64,000 nucleotides of DNA, from assembly GCA_964036045.1 (NCBI GenBank), contig OZ038378.1, forward strand, positions 4,216,001-4,280,000. The letters are read 5' to 3'. Below the pieces are notes generated by a model that was given only the letters and a program-made list of their open reading frames with translations, was not told the origin of the DNA and did not search any database. The position numbers were made by a program, and so were the translations under genes. Positions 27,831-59,222 of this stretch are shown here, piece by piece. Source of the stretch: Eutreptiella sp. 'Long Island Sound 2002' (lineage: Eukaryota > Protista > Euglenida). Position 1 is the first letter of the stretch. Each line of letters begins with the position of its first letter.

Positions 27831-30513
27831 TGGGCCCCCGAGACGTATTGACCTGCGCACCTGTGGGGCCAAGACTGTGTATTGAACAGTCTTGCTTGTT
27901 CAATTTGAGTGAACAAATTTGGTGGAACAAAGTTGTGAAGGTGATTCAGATATGCTTTTCTAGTTCAATGTTGTGCTTGTTGCTTCATTCGGTAGGCAAA
28001 AGGCATGTGTTGGTCGGCTCGGGGGTTTCATAGGTGATGGTGAACTTGGGGACTCAATCCGAGAAAGTCATCACAAAAGTAGAGCGCAGGGCACACGTAG
28101 GGCAGACACTCCCCCTAAGGTAGGGTTTAAAAGCGGAGGCAACCCCCCCCCCCCCCGATCGCAATGCCACCTATTTTGAACCAATGATGACTTTCACTTT
28201 TTGGAGATAGCACCCATTCTTTGTTGGAGGTTAGACGAGGTTTTGGGCACAATGATGCTTTCATCGCGACCTCACCCCCCTTCCTTGTCCCCACCCTTGG
28301 CACCCCCCTCGTCAGGCCCTTCGTTTCCCTTGTCATCCCCCTTGTTGTCCCCGTTGTCCCCCTCGTCCTCCTCCCCATCGCCTCCCGGGGGTGCTTGTCG
28401 GCCTCTTCCTTCGTCTTGAACAGGAGCCCCCCCGCCATTCAGTACATCCCCTCCTCCTTCTCCCTCTTTCTTCTTCCCCCGTTTCCCCTTCTTCTTGCCC
28501 GTCTGCCCCCCCTCCGCTACTTATGGGGCATGTGTTCGCATGTTTGCAACCACATCGTCGTTATCGTGTGCTTGGTTTTTTAATGCCACAATCTGTCTAT
28601 TGCTGTGCCATCACCTTCACTCCGTCCCATATCCTGTGTTAGGGGATTTCGGGCACCTTGAATTTGACTGCATGTTTAGAAATGCGTTTGGGCTTCTTAT
28701 TCTTTGGTACAAAGCTGTTAGCAACAATTTCTCTCTTGAACTCAACCTTACCCTCAAAAACCTGGTTGCCGTAATGCCAAAATGCCACGGTCTGCTTTGG
28801 CCCATACAATCTACATTTCAGCACCCTCCCCAGAATTTGAGGCAGATGATGAGTTATAAGACGTGTTGAGTTCCAACTCAGAATTAGTGCCATTGTTAGG
28901 ATTAGAATGGGAATCAGGTTCTGCATTTGGTGTTCCTCTGGGAAACCAGCATCATCTTGTTGGCTCAGCTTCAAGATTTTTGGGGGGAACTGCTTGTCTT
29001 GTGGCTGAGTGCAACTGTGGTCATTGTCCACAAAATATTCTTTTTGCAATCAATAGATCTTCAGTTTGCACTGATTTTCAAGCTGCTATCCAAGCCTGCC
29101 TGGAAATATCCACATGGAAAGCAAATTATTGTGCTTAACACACACTAGCCACCTTTTCAGGTTGAAATACCCCCCCATTTTTTTTTTTGGATATCCAAGA
29201 ATGCCCCCCCGTCTTGGAACCTCATATGGCACGGATATGTAGCCATTTTGTTATGTCCTCATTTTGGGGACTCCCGTGTGGTCACGTGGCCATGGTGGGG
29301 GTCATGTCGTCATTGTAGGGGTAGGCCACATTCCTTGTCTCAATTTCTAAGCTCCCAATGCAACGGGGGTTGTGCAACCACTTCAGACCAGTCACTGTAG
29401 AGCCTGGATACAGCAAGGGTTATGGTCCCACCTCATGTTTGTAAGACTACCGATGCAACCAACAGAGCTACCACACAAGATCATGGTGGGGATGAGGTTG
29501 ATGTGTGTGCTTTGCACACCACCAGAACATTTGGTGAATGCAAGGGAAATTATTGTCCAGAACGTGTTCACCGACACACTTGTAGGGACAGGACTGTTTA
29601 TTATGCACAACGAATGCCAGATCTCTGCTGCAATATGAATTTGTATCTCTCTGCACGGATTGTTTTGGATTGGATTTGGCTGGTAGGGTGATACCATTTC
29701 TTGTTGTGCTTTGATGCTTTTCTCTGATAGCAAAAATATGAAGTCTAGGACAGTTACCCAAAAGTAGCGTGGTGGTTGTGTGCTGGGCAAACCCCCCCAC
29801 CCCCGGCCCCTCCCCCGCAGTATTTGCGCAAGAACGCAACAACTGGGTTGTTGCCAAGAAACATGGCACTTCAGCAGTCCAACCAAAGCTGCTGTAGAAT
29901 GCAGACCAGCTGTCTTGGTTGACAACATAAGGCTGAACGAGGGCAACTAACAAAAGAAAACTGCAGATGGACACATGAGATTTGCCAAACATTGCTGCCA
30001 AACATATGTGTGCCAGGACGTACATGTGTGGAGCGCATTTTGACCTGCGCGCTAAATCATCGCCGAGAAAAACGGCATTCTCAGCAGTCCACCCAAAGCT
30101 TTGTGCCAAGCTTAATCCAATGAAGAAATCCTTCATTCTCTTGGTATCACCATTTGTGTGAGACATTGCTGATTTTGCTTTTGTCTTCCCCCAGGATGTT
30201 GCATGTGTGTGTACAAGGGAACGAAATGGCGAAGCAATGGCACTGTGAGGTGTCACTGACACTCAATGGCCTTGACCAAATTTGAAGACTTCAAACAACA
30301 AAAATGATGAAATTTCACGTCAGCAACCGTGAGGAAATAGAAACAAGAAAGGCAACATGCCTGTCTTTGAACATTCTTGTCTGCTTTTGTGTGAAACATT
30401 ACGGAATTGCACTTCAGCAACCATGAATGACTGGAAGCGGCGGAAGGGCAAATGCCACCCCATGACACACTAGCACCTCACACTGTGTCATGTTTCCAGC
30501 AGCACACAGCACA

Positions 30514-33716
<3,203 letters not shown>

Positions 33717-36410
33717 TCGGATGTTGCGATGGCACAGGCCGGCGAGAGCGGCTCCACGGGATCTAACGGGTGAAGGGCCATTGAAGTGGCGAGGACGCGA
33801 ACTGATTGTTTGTGCTCCCAAAAACGATCGTGCACCGTTGCATTATCGCGTCAAGTACTATATTATGGCATTCTTTTACATGTTGTTATCGTGTTGTGAT
33901 GTATTTGTTATGTGTATTACGGCGTGCACATGTGAGTGCTCATATGTGTGGACATGCCCATGCACATGTTACATATCTGATGCGCACATTTACTGCCAAA
34001 ATGCCATTGGCAGATTGGTTGCAAATATGAGCATTGGCACACAGCTGTTTACATCATTGCAGCAGCCTTTGGAGAGCAACAATCGCTAGGAAGCTGATGG
34101 TACGATGATTTCTACAACGGCTTGTGCTGATCGCATGCTGGTGTGGTTCCGTTTCGGGTTTCAGTTGCTTCCCCCCTAACACAAGCTGGGGTTTAGGCAC
34201 TTGGGTATTGATAGGCTATTTGGGCTGTTGGGTAGATCCATGCAGAAGCTGTTCAGTTCTTTGGCTGCTGGTGGGTATGCAAAAGTGTGCAGGTTTTGCA
34301 TCTCTGTGCGTAGCGTGACTGACCCTGCGGACCACCACCACCAGGGTAACCATGATTGGAAGCACCCATTGAACTTGTGGTTTTGAAGTTGTGGAGGGGG
34401 GGTTGTGAGGGGAATTTTCTGCTGTGGGATATTTTGTCATACTGGGAGTACTATACAGACGATTACAAATAGTCAGAACGATGACCCGTTGTTCATGTGG
34501 CACTAAGCCATACCACCCCAGACTTTGACCAAAGAGGCCACCCATCAGCCTCACCGTTACTTTGGGCTGAACCTGGCCACCCTCTGGAGGGGGGTGGGGG
34601 TGGGATGGTGGTTTGCGTATGGAAATCGAGGGGAAGGGGACGGGAGGGTATGCGGCTTCCATCCTGTCCGGCTGCTTGTATGGAAGTCGCATAAGAATTT
34701 ATCCGAGGGCTGTTTTTCGGGCAAAAAGCTGGAGAGTTAGGAAGCGGAGCCCACAGCTGAGCGAGAAAAGAGGATGTGGCTGAGAGGGCATGTACGATGA
34801 GAGATGCTTCGAGGCTGAGGTCTGCATTTGGTGTTCCTCTGGGAAACCAGCATCATCTTGTTGGCTCAGCTTCAAGATTTTTGGGGGGAACTGCTTGTCC
34901 TGTGGCTGAGTGCAACTGTGGTCATTGTCCACAAAATATTCTTTTTTCAATCAATAGACCTTCAGTTTGCACCGTTCTTCAAGCTGCTATCCAAGCCTGC
35001 TTGGAAATATCCACATGGAAAGCAAATTATTGTGCTTAACACACACTAGCCACCTTTTCAGGTTGAAATACCCCCCATTTTTTTTGGACATCCAAGAATG
35101 CCCCCCCGTCTTGGAACCTCATATGGCACGGATATGTAGCCATTTTGTTATGTCCTCATTTTGGGGACTCCCGTGTAGTCATGTGGCCATGGTGGGGGTC
35201 ATGTCGTCATTGTAGGGGTAGGCCACATTCCTTATCTCAATTTCTAAGCTCCCAATGCAACGGGGGTTGTGCAACCACTTCAGACCAGTCACTGTAGAGC
35301 CTGGATACAGCAAGGGTTATGGTTCCACCTCATGTTTGTAAGACTACCGATGCAACCAACAGAGCTACCACACAAGATCATGGTGGGGATGAGGTTGATG
35401 TGTGTGCTTTGCACACCACCAGAACATTTGGTGAATGCAAGGGAAATTATTGTCCAGAAAGTGTTCACCGACACACTTGTAGGGACAGGACTGTTTATTA
35501 TGCACAACGAATGCCAGATCTCTGCTGCAATATGAATTTGTATCTCTCTGCACGGATTGTTTTGGATTGGATTTGGCTGGTAGGGTGATACCATTTCTTG
35601 TTGTGCTTTGATGCTTTTCTCTGATAGCAAAAATATGAAGTCTAGGACAGTTACCCAAAAGTAGCGTGGTGGTTGTGTGCTGGGCAAACCCCCCCACCCC
35701 CGGCCCCTCCCCCGCAGTATTTGCGCAAGAACGCAACAACTGGGTTGTTGCCAAGAAACATGGCACTTCAGCAGTCCAACCAAAGCTGCTGTAGAATGCA
35801 GACCAGCTGTCTTGGTTGACAAAATAAGGCTGAACGAGGGCAATCAACAAAAAAAAACTGTAGATGGACACATGAGATTTGCCAAACATTGCTGCCAAAC
35901 ATATGTGTGCCAGGACGTACATGTTTGGAGCGCATTTTGACCTGCGCGCTAAATCATCGCCGAGAAAAACGGCATTCTCAGCAGTCCACCCAAAGCTTTG
36001 TGCCAAGCTTAATCCAATGAAGAAATCCTTCATTCTCTTGGTATCACCATTTGTGTGAGACATTGCTGATTTTGCTTTTGTCTTCCCCCAGGATGTTGCA
36101 TGTGTGTGTACAAGGGAACGAAATGGCGAAGCAATGGCACTGTGAGGTGTCACTGACACTCAATGGCCTTGGCCAAATTTGAAGACTTCAAACAACAAAA
36201 ATGATGAAATTTCACGTCAGCAACCGTGAGGAAATAAAAACAAGAAAGGCAACATGCCTGTCTTTGAACATTCTTGTCTGCTTTTGTGTGAAACATTACG
36301 GAATTGCACTTCAGCAACCATGAATGACTGGAAGCGGCGGAAGGGCAAATGCCACCCCATGACACACTAGCACCTCACACTGTGTCATGTTTCCAGCAGC
36401 ACACAGCACA

Positions 36411-40705
<4,295 letters not shown>

Positions 40706-43048
40706 TCGGATGTTGCGATGGCACAGGCCGGCGAGAGCGGCTCCACGGGATCTAACGGGTGAAGGGCCATTGAAGTGGCGAGAACTGATTGTTTGTGCTG
40801 CCAAAAACGATCGTGCACGGTTGCATTATCGCGTCAAGTACTATATTATGGCATTCTTTTACATGTTGTTATCGTGTTGTGATGTATTTGTTATGTGTAT
40901 TACGGCGTGCACATGTGAGTGCTCATATGTGTGGACATGCCCATGCACATGTTACATATCTGATGCGCACATTTACTGCCAAAATGCCATTGGCAGATTG
41001 GTTGCAAATATGAGCATTGGCACACAGCTGTTTACATCATTGCAGCAGCCTTTGGAGAGCAACAATCGCTAGGAAGCTGATGGTACGATGATTTCTACAA
41101 CGGCTTGTGCTGATCGCATGCTGGTGTGGTTCCGTTTCGGGTTTCAGTTGCTTCCCCCCTAACACAAGCTGGGGTTTAGGCACTTGGGTATTGATAGGCT
41201 ATTTGGGCTGTTGGGTAGATCCATGCAGAAGCTGTTCAGTTCTTTGGCTGCTGGTGGGTATGCAAAAGTGTGCAGGTTTTGCATCTCTGTGCGTAGCGTG
41301 ACTGACCCTGCGGACCACCACCACCAGGGTAACCATGATTGGAAGCACCCATTGAACTTGTGGTTTTGAAGTTGTGGAGGGGGGGTTGTGAGGGGAATTT
41401 TCTGCTGTGGGATATTTTGTCATACTGGGAGTACTATACAGACGATTACAAATAGTCAGAACGATGACCCGTTGTTCATGTGGCACTAAGCCATACCACC
41501 CCAGACTTTGACCAAAGAGGCCACCCATCAGCCTCACCGTTACTTTGGGCTGAACCTGGCCACCCTCTTGAGGGGGGTGGGGGTGGGATGGTGGTTTGCG
41601 TATGGAAATCCAGGGGAAGGGGACGGGAGGGTATGCGGCTTCCATCCTGTCCGGCTGCTTGTATGGAAGTTGCATAAGAATTTATCCGAGGGCTGTTTTT
41701 CGGGCAAAAAGCTGGAGAGTTAGGAAGCGGAGCCCACAGCTGAGCGAGAAAAGAGGATGTGGCTGAGAGGGCATGTACGATGAGAGATGCTTCGAGGCTG
41801 AGCATGTCTGAAGGACGGCTGTGAAGAGCTCATGAGAGGAGTGTGAGGTCTTTAGGCATTGCTGCAAGCAGCAATAGGGAGAGGAGGGGAAGGGGGGTGG
41901 CTACTGCGGCTCTCACCTTTTGCATCTGCTTCCTCTTTATCACACACCTGATCACAAAATGGGCACATTTGCAACTCATCTAACGCAGCTGAGACAGAAG
42001 GGGTATGTGCTCTGATCAAAACGAACGCTTCCAGCATGCTGCAAGTGTTGTGTGCCCTTTCTAGAAGGGAGTGCAACCCACTCTGTGGACATCCCTTAAT
42101 GCGTGGGAAACAGACCTGGGTTTCCTTATTTCAGGCCAGCATTGTTGTGCAAGTGTGATTTGCATACAAGCCTTGTTTTGCAGAGGTGTGCTGCCGCCAC
42201 CACAAGGGAAGCTCAGCAGGATGGAGAAAATGGCTGCAGTCACATTTCAAGTGCACAATCTTTTGTGAGTCCTGCTCACGCACCAACATAGACTCCTGAG
42301 TCGTGCTAGGCATAGCCATCCCATGTTGCATTGAGCCTTAAGCATGGGTGACATAGGGGACGCCGCACAGGGGATGGTGCGCAACGAATGGTGCTCAGTG
42401 TACTGTCATAAGCAAAATCTAGAGGGGTTGGGTCACACTAATTTCTGAGCACCGTACCATATGTGAAGCATCCATGTGAAGTAGACCTCACAAAACGGTG
42501 CAAATGTTGTGGACCACACACCTGGGAAGCTACAGGGGACCCTAGGGAGAATGACCTCAACAATTATGCATAGCATTATTCAGCCCATAATGATTTGGAA
42601 TGTCCACCATTGCCCATGCATGTTTGACAAATCGTAGGACTGGACTGGACATGGACAGTGGACATGCGGTTTGCCTTTGTAGGTGAGCACAGATACCCCA
42701 TTGCTGATTTTGCTTTTGTCTTCCCCCAGGATGTTGCATGTGTGTGTACAAGGGAACGAAATGGCGAAGCAATGGCACTATGAGGTGTCACTGACACTCA
42801 ATGGCCTTGGCCAAATTTGAAGACTTCAAACAACAAAAATGATGAAATTTCACGTCAACAACCGTGAGGAAATAAAAACAAGAAAGGCAACATGCCTGTC
42901 TTTGAACATTCTTGTCTGCTTTTGTGTGAAACATTACGGAATTGCACTTCAGCAACCACGAATGACTGGAAGCGGCGGAAGGGCAAATGCCACCCCATGA
43001 CACACTAGCACCTCACACTGTGTCATGTTTCCAGCAGCACACAGCACA

Positions 43049-46160
<3,112 letters not shown>

Positions 46161-48503
46161 TCGGATGTTGCGATGGCACAGGCCGGCGAGAGCGGCTCCA
46201 CGGGATCTAACGGGTGAAGGGCCATTGAAGTGGCGAGAACTGATTGTTTGTGCTGCCAAAAACGATCGTGCACGGTTGCATTATCGCGTCAAGTACTATA
46301 TTATGGCATTCTTTTACATGTTGTTATCGTGTTGTGATGTATTTGTTATGTGTATTACGGCGTGCACATGTGAGTGCTCATATGTGTGGACATGCCCATG
46401 CACATGTTACATATCTGATGCGCACATTTACTGCCAAAATGCCATTGGCAGATTGGTTGCAAATATGAGCATTGGCACACAGCTGTTTACATCATTGCAG
46501 CAGCCTTTGGAGAGCAACAATCGCTAGGAAGCTGATGGTACGATGATTTCTACAACGGCTTGTGCTGATCGCATGCTGGTGTGGTTCCGTTTCGGGTTTC
46601 AGTTGCTTCCCCCCTAACACAAGCTGGGGTTTAGGCACTTGGGTATTGATAGGCTATTTGGGCTGTTGGGTAGATCCATGCAGAAGCTGTTCAGTTCTTT
46701 GGCTGCTGGTGGGTATGCAAAAGTGTGCAGGTTTTGCATCTCTGTGCGTAGCGTGACTGACCCTGCGGACCACCACCACCAGGGTAACCATGATTGGAAG
46801 CACCCATTGAACTTGTGGTTTTGAAGTTGTGGAGGGGGGGTTGTGAGGGGAATTTTCTGCTGTGGGATATTTTGTCACACTGGGAGTACTATACAGACGA
46901 TTACAAATAGTCAGAACGATGACCCGTTGTTCATGTGGCACTAAGCCATACCACCCCAGACTTTGACCAAAGAGGCCACCCATCAGCCTCACCGTTACTT
47001 TGGGCTGAACCTGGCCACCCTCTTGAGGGGGGTGGGGGTGGGATGGTGGTTTGCGTATGGAAATCCAGGGGAAGGGGACGGGAGGGTATGCGGCTTCCAT
47101 CCTGTCCGGCTGCTTGTATGGAAGTTGCATAAGAATTTATCCGAGGGCTGTTTTTCGGGCAAAAAGCTGGGGAGTTAGGAAGCGGAGCCCACAGCTGAGC
47201 GAGAAAAGAGGATGTGGCTGAGAGGGCATGTACGATGAGAGATGCTTCGAGGCTGAGCATGTCTGAAGGACGGCTGTGAAGAGCTCATGAGAGGAGTGTG
47301 AGGTCTTTAGGCATTGCTGCAAGCAGCAATAGGGAGAGGAGGGGAAGGGGGGTGGCTACTGCGGCTCTCACCTTTTGCATCTGCTTCCTCTTTATCACAC
47401 ACCTGATCACAAAATGGGCACATTTGCAACTCATCTAACGCAGCTGAGACAGAAGGGGTATGTGCTCTGATCAAAACGAACGCTTCCAGCATGCTGCAAG
47501 TGTTGTGTGCCCTTTCTAGAAGGGAGTGCAACCCACTCTGTGGACATCCCTTAATGCGTGGGAAACAGACCTGGGTTTCCTTATTTCAGGCCAGCATTGT
47601 TGTGCAAGTGTGATTTGCATACAAGCCTTGTTTTGCAGAGGTGTGCTGCCGCCACCACAAGGGAAGCTCAGCAGGATGGAGAAAATGGCTGCAGTCACAT
47701 TTCAAGTGCACAATCTTTTGTGAGTCCTGCTCACGCACCAACATAGACTCCTGAGTCGTGCTAGGCATAGCCATCCCATGTTGCATTGAGCCTTAAGCAT
47801 GGGTGACATAGGGGACGCCGCACAGGGGATGGTGCGCAACGAATGGTGCTCAGTGTACTGTCATAAGCAAAATCTAGAGGGGTTGGGTCACACTAATTTC
47901 TGAGCACCGTACCATATGTGAAGCATCCATGTGAAGTAGACCTCACAAAACGGTGCAAATGTTGTGGACCACACACCTGGGAAGCTACAGGGGACCCTAG
48001 GGAGAATGACCTCAACAATTATGCATAGCATTATTCAGCCCATAATGATTTGGAATGTCCACCATTGCCCATGCATGTTTGACAAATCGTAGGACTGGAC
48101 TGGACATGGACAGTGGACATGCGGTTTGCCTTTGTAGGTGAGCACAGATACCCCATTGCTGATTTTGCTTTTGTCTTCCCCCAGGATGTTGCATGTGTGT
48201 GTACAAGGGAACGAAATGGCGAAGCAATGGCACTATGAGGTGTCACTGACACTCAATGGCCTTGGCCAAATTTGAAGACTTCAAACAACAAAAATGATGA
48301 AATTTCACGTCAACAACCGTGAGGAAATAGAAACAAGAAAGGCAACATGCCTGTCTTTGAACATTCTTGTCTGCTTTTGTGTGAAACATTACGGAATTGC
48401 ACTTCAGCAACCACGAATGACTGGAAGCGGCGGAAGGGCAAATGCCACCCCATGACACACTAGCACCTCACACTGTGTCATGTTTCCAGCAGCACACAGC
48501 ACA

Positions 48504-51626
<3,123 letters not shown>

Positions 51627-53374
51627 TCGGATGTTGCGATGGCACAGGCCGGCGAGAGCGGCTCCACGGGATCTAACGGGTGAAGGGCCATTGAAGTGGC
51701 GAGGACGTGAACTGATTGTTTGTGTTCCCAAAAACGATCGTGCACCGTTGCATTATCGCGTCAAGTACTATATTATGGCATTCTTTTACATGTTGTTATC
51801 GTGTTGTGATGTATTTGTCATGTGTATTACGGCGTGCACATGTGAGTGCTCATATGTGTGGACATGCCCATGCACATGTTACATATCTGATGCGCACATT
51901 TACTGCCAAAATGCCATTGGCAGATTGGTTGCAAATATGAGCATTGGCACACAGCTGTTTACATCATTGCAGCAGCCTTTGGAGAGCAACAATCGCTAGG
52001 AAGCTGATGGTACGATGATTTCTACAACGGCTTGTGCTGATCGCATGCTGGTGTGGTTCCGTTTCGGGTTTCAGTTGCTTCCCCCCTAACACAAGCTGGG
52101 GTTTAGGCACTTGGGTATTGATAGGCTATTTGGGCTGTTGGGTAGATCCATGCAGAAGCTGTTCAGTTCTTTGGCTGCTGGTGGGTATGCAAAAGTGTGC
52201 AGGTTTTGCATCTCTGTGCGTAGCGTGACTGACCCTGCGGACCACCACCACCAGGGTAACCATGATTGGAAGCACCCATTGAACTTGTGGTTTTGAAGTT
52301 GTGGAGGGGGGGTTGTGAGGGGAATTTTCTGCTGTGGGATATTTTGTCACACTGGGAGTACTATACAGACGATTACAAATAGTCAGAACGATGACCCGTT
52401 GTTCATGTGGCACTAAGCCATACCACCCCAGACTTTGACCATAGAGGCCACCCATCAGCCTCACCGTTACTTTGGGCTGAACCTGGCCACCCTCTGGAGG
52501 GGGGTGGGGGTGGGATGGTGGTTTGCGTATGGAAATCGAGGGGAAGGGGACGGGAGGGTATGCGGCTTCCATCCTGTCCGGCTGCTTGTATGGAAAGTAT
52601 GAAGTCTAGGACAGTTACCCAAAAGTAGCCTGGTGGTTGTGTGCTGGGCAAATTCCCCCACCCCCGGCCCCTCCCCCGCAGTATTTGCGCAAGAACGCAA
52701 CAACTGGGTTGTTGCCAAGAAACATGGCACTTCAGCAGTCCAACCAAAGCTGCTGTAGAATGCAGACCAGCTGTCTTGGTTGACAAAATAAGGCTGAACA
52801 AGGGCAATCAACAAAAGAAAACTGTAGATGGACACATGAGATTTGCCAAACATTGCTGCCAAACATATGTGTGCCAGGACGTACATGTGTGGAGCGCATT
52901 TTGACCTGCGCGCTAAATCATCGCCGAGAAAAACGGCATTCTCAGCAGTCCACCCAAAGCTTTGTGCCAAGCTTACTCCAATGAAGAAATCCTTCATTCT
53001 CTTGGTATCACCATTTGTGTGAGACATTGCTGATTTTGCTTTTGTCTTCCCCCAGGATGTTGCATGTGTGTGTACAAGGGAACGAAATGGCGAAGCAATG
53101 GCACTGTGAGGTGTCACTGACACTCAATGGCCTTGACCAAATTTGAAGACTTCAAACAACAAAAATGATGAAATTTCACGTCAGCAACCGTGAGGAAATA
53201 GAAACAAGAAAGGCAACATGCCTGTCTTTGAACATTCTTGTCTGCTTTTGTGTGAAACATTACGGAATTGCACTTCAGCAACCATGAATGACTGGAAGCG
53301 GCGGAAGGGCAAATGCCACCCCATGACACACTAGCACCTCACACTGTGTCATGTTTCCAGCAGCACACAGCACA

Positions 53375-56502
<3,128 letters not shown>

Positions 56503-57759
56503 TCGGATGTTGCGATGGCACAGGCCGGCGAGAGCGGCTCCACGGGATCTAACGGGTGAAGGGCCATTGAAGTGGCGAGGACGTGAACTGATTGTTTGTG
56601 CTCCCAAAAACGATCGTGCACGGTTGCATTATCGCGTCAAGTACTATATTATGGCATTCTTTTACATGTTGTTATCGTGTTGTGATGTATTTGTCATGTG
56701 TATTACGGCGTGCACATGTGAGTGCTCATATGTGTGGACATGCCCATGCACATGTTACATATCTGATGCGCACATTTACTGCCAAAATGCCATTGGCAGA
56801 TTGGTTGCAAATATGAGCATTGGCACACAGCTGTTTACATCATTGCAGCAGCCTTTGGAGAGCAACAATCGCTAGGAAGCTGATGGTACGATGATTTCTA
56901 CAACGGCTTGTGCTGATTGCATGCTGGTGTGGTTCCGTTTCGGGTTTCAGTTGCTTCCCCCCTAACACAAGCTGGGGTTTAGGCACTTGGGTATTGATAG
57001 GCTATTTGGGCTGTTGGGTAGATCCATGCAGAAGCTGTTCAGTTCTTTGGCTGCTGGTGGGTATGCAAAAGTGTGCAGGTTTTGCATCTCTGTGCGTAGC
57101 GTGACTGACCCTGCGGACCACCACCACCAGGATAACCATGATTGGAAGCACCCATTGAACTTGTGGTTTTGAAGTTGTGGAGGGGGGGTTGTGAGGGGAA
57201 TTTTCTGCTGTGGGATATTTTGTCACACTGGGAGTACTATACAGACGATTACAAATAGTCAGAACGATGACCCGTTGTTCATGTGGCACCAAACCGTGAA
57301 ATTAAACGTAGCGGGCTCTGTATTTACTTGTCAGGACGAGCAAGCCACCAGGAATTAACAGCAACCTTTTTTGGGATTCAAAACACACCACCAGCAATTA
57401 ATGGTAACCCTCCAGGAATCAGCAGCAACTCACCAGCGATTGTCATCCACCACCAAGAAGTAACAGCAACCACTAGCTGTTACCAGCAAGGCACCAGGAA
57501 TGGACAGCAAGCCTCCAGGAAGTAACAGCAGGCCTCCAGCGATTGATGGCAATCCTCTACCCAGCCCTGCTCCAGTGGGCCACCCTGCCACGCATGAATG
57601 ACGAAAAGGCAAGCATAGCGTTTAGACCACGGGGGCCACCCAGCTGCAGCCCTTGACCTCCCCCCCACCCCCCAGCCTCAAAAGGGCCAAAATTTTCGGA
57701 AGGTCGGGGCCACATTTGGTCCAATTTTTTTGACATTTTTTTTTCACATACGATGGGGG

Positions 57760-58010
57760 GTAAAATTTCGTTTTTACCCCGTGTGTGTACACTCAAAATG
57801 CTCAGAATTTTATGGGGAATCCAAATTAGTGTCCAAAACATGAAAAAAAAATTCCTCACCCCTGACCTCCCCCAACCAGCCCTCCACACCTGCAGCGAGG
57901 ACAGGACCCCTTAGAATTTTCAAAAACCCCACATGTGTGTGTTCAAAAGTATTAGTGTGACGAGGGGATCATTTTGAGGTATGTATGTTGGGGTACCCAG
58001 GACTCCAGCC
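57760..58010. repeat. Dispersed repeat, direct copy at ~62910-63160
   Basis: Shared ctcagaatttt.tgg.gaat and ggggatcattttgaggtatgtatgttggggtaccc. Confidence 0.7.
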
Positions 58011-58946
58011 CGTGGTTCAGACAAAACCAACATTTCCAGCAAAATTCCCATAAAAATGATCTGAAACAAGCCAAAAAAAACTCCAATGCCGCAGGTCTAC
58101 CATTGCGACAGGCAGATTCATAGCATGAAGGTGCGAAATTTCCCAAAGCACAGACAGGACTGCATGCGAAATAAACCTGCACCGAAATTTTCTCACATGA
58201 AGATTTCCTGGTGCAACCCCCCCCCCCCCATTAAGTTGTGTGCACCCAAAACATCTCCCATCTTGCATGCCTTCTCAGCCGCTCATACCCACTCTTTCTC
58301 CCTGTGCGCTATCCTTCTCTTCCCTCCTTTTTCTCTTTTCATTCTGTCTATGTCTCCTGATTTTTTCTTTGAACACAGTCCTCCAAGACTTTTTGTGTGA
58401 CTTCCATACAAGCAGCCCAAAGGGACAGGAGCCGCCATCCTTGCCCACCCATGCATGTTAATGTGGGTGCGTGCCTGCCCGCTCGTTCCAACTGTTTTTG
58501 TTGGTGGGTGTGGGTGTTTATGGGAATGTTGATTTAGAAGATGGGTTTGCATAATGGGGCGCTGTGAAGACCTTCCGAGAGGAGTGTATGGGTTTGACAC
58601 ATTTCTTGAGGCAGCATGAGGGGAGTGGGAAGGTGCTACTGTGGCTCTCACCTTTTGCCTCTGCTTCCTCAATATCACAGTATCTTGTGAGTTCAAGAAT
58701 TCTTTTTTTTTTTTACTGTAAAGGTGAGTCAACAAAATCGTTTTCACGGGTTCTGAAAATTTTGATACTTCCCTTGGCAAAAAAAAAATCCTTGCATGAT
58801 AAATAAAAAGAAATGGTACTCGCAATTACCGCAAAAACGAAAAATTCCTCGCTTTACAACCAAAAACAAGAAATTGGTACTCACCTTTACAACCAAAAAA
58901 AATTACCTGCGATGACAGTCAAAACAAGATTTACAATTTGGGGGCC

Positions 58947-59222
58947 TATGTAATCATTGTTTGAATACTCCCCACCTCAGGAACCCGAAGATGGTAGGAG
59001 TTAGGTAGCCATTTTGATTCCTCCCTGCTCTGCAGGCCACAAGACAGCAGAGGTTATGGAGCCACATTGATTTCTCCCCACTTTGCGCCCCCTGAGACAG
59101 CAGGGGTTATGTAGCGATTGTCATTTCTCACTGCTTTGCGGGCCTCCCGAGTGTAGGGGTTCTGTAGCCAATTTGATTCCTCACCGCTTGGTGGGCCCTG
59201 AGACGGCACAGGTTATGTAGCC
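58947..59222. repeat. Degenerate ~53-bp minisatellite, about 5 units
   Basis: Periodic (g/t)agcca..ttgatt.ctc.c..ct...ggggttatg. Confidence 0.75.

Noticed and set aside
10339-28900. Functional operon-like link between TPI and rsmI
   Set aside because: There is no shared pathway or sequence evidence, and rearrangement explains the adjacency.
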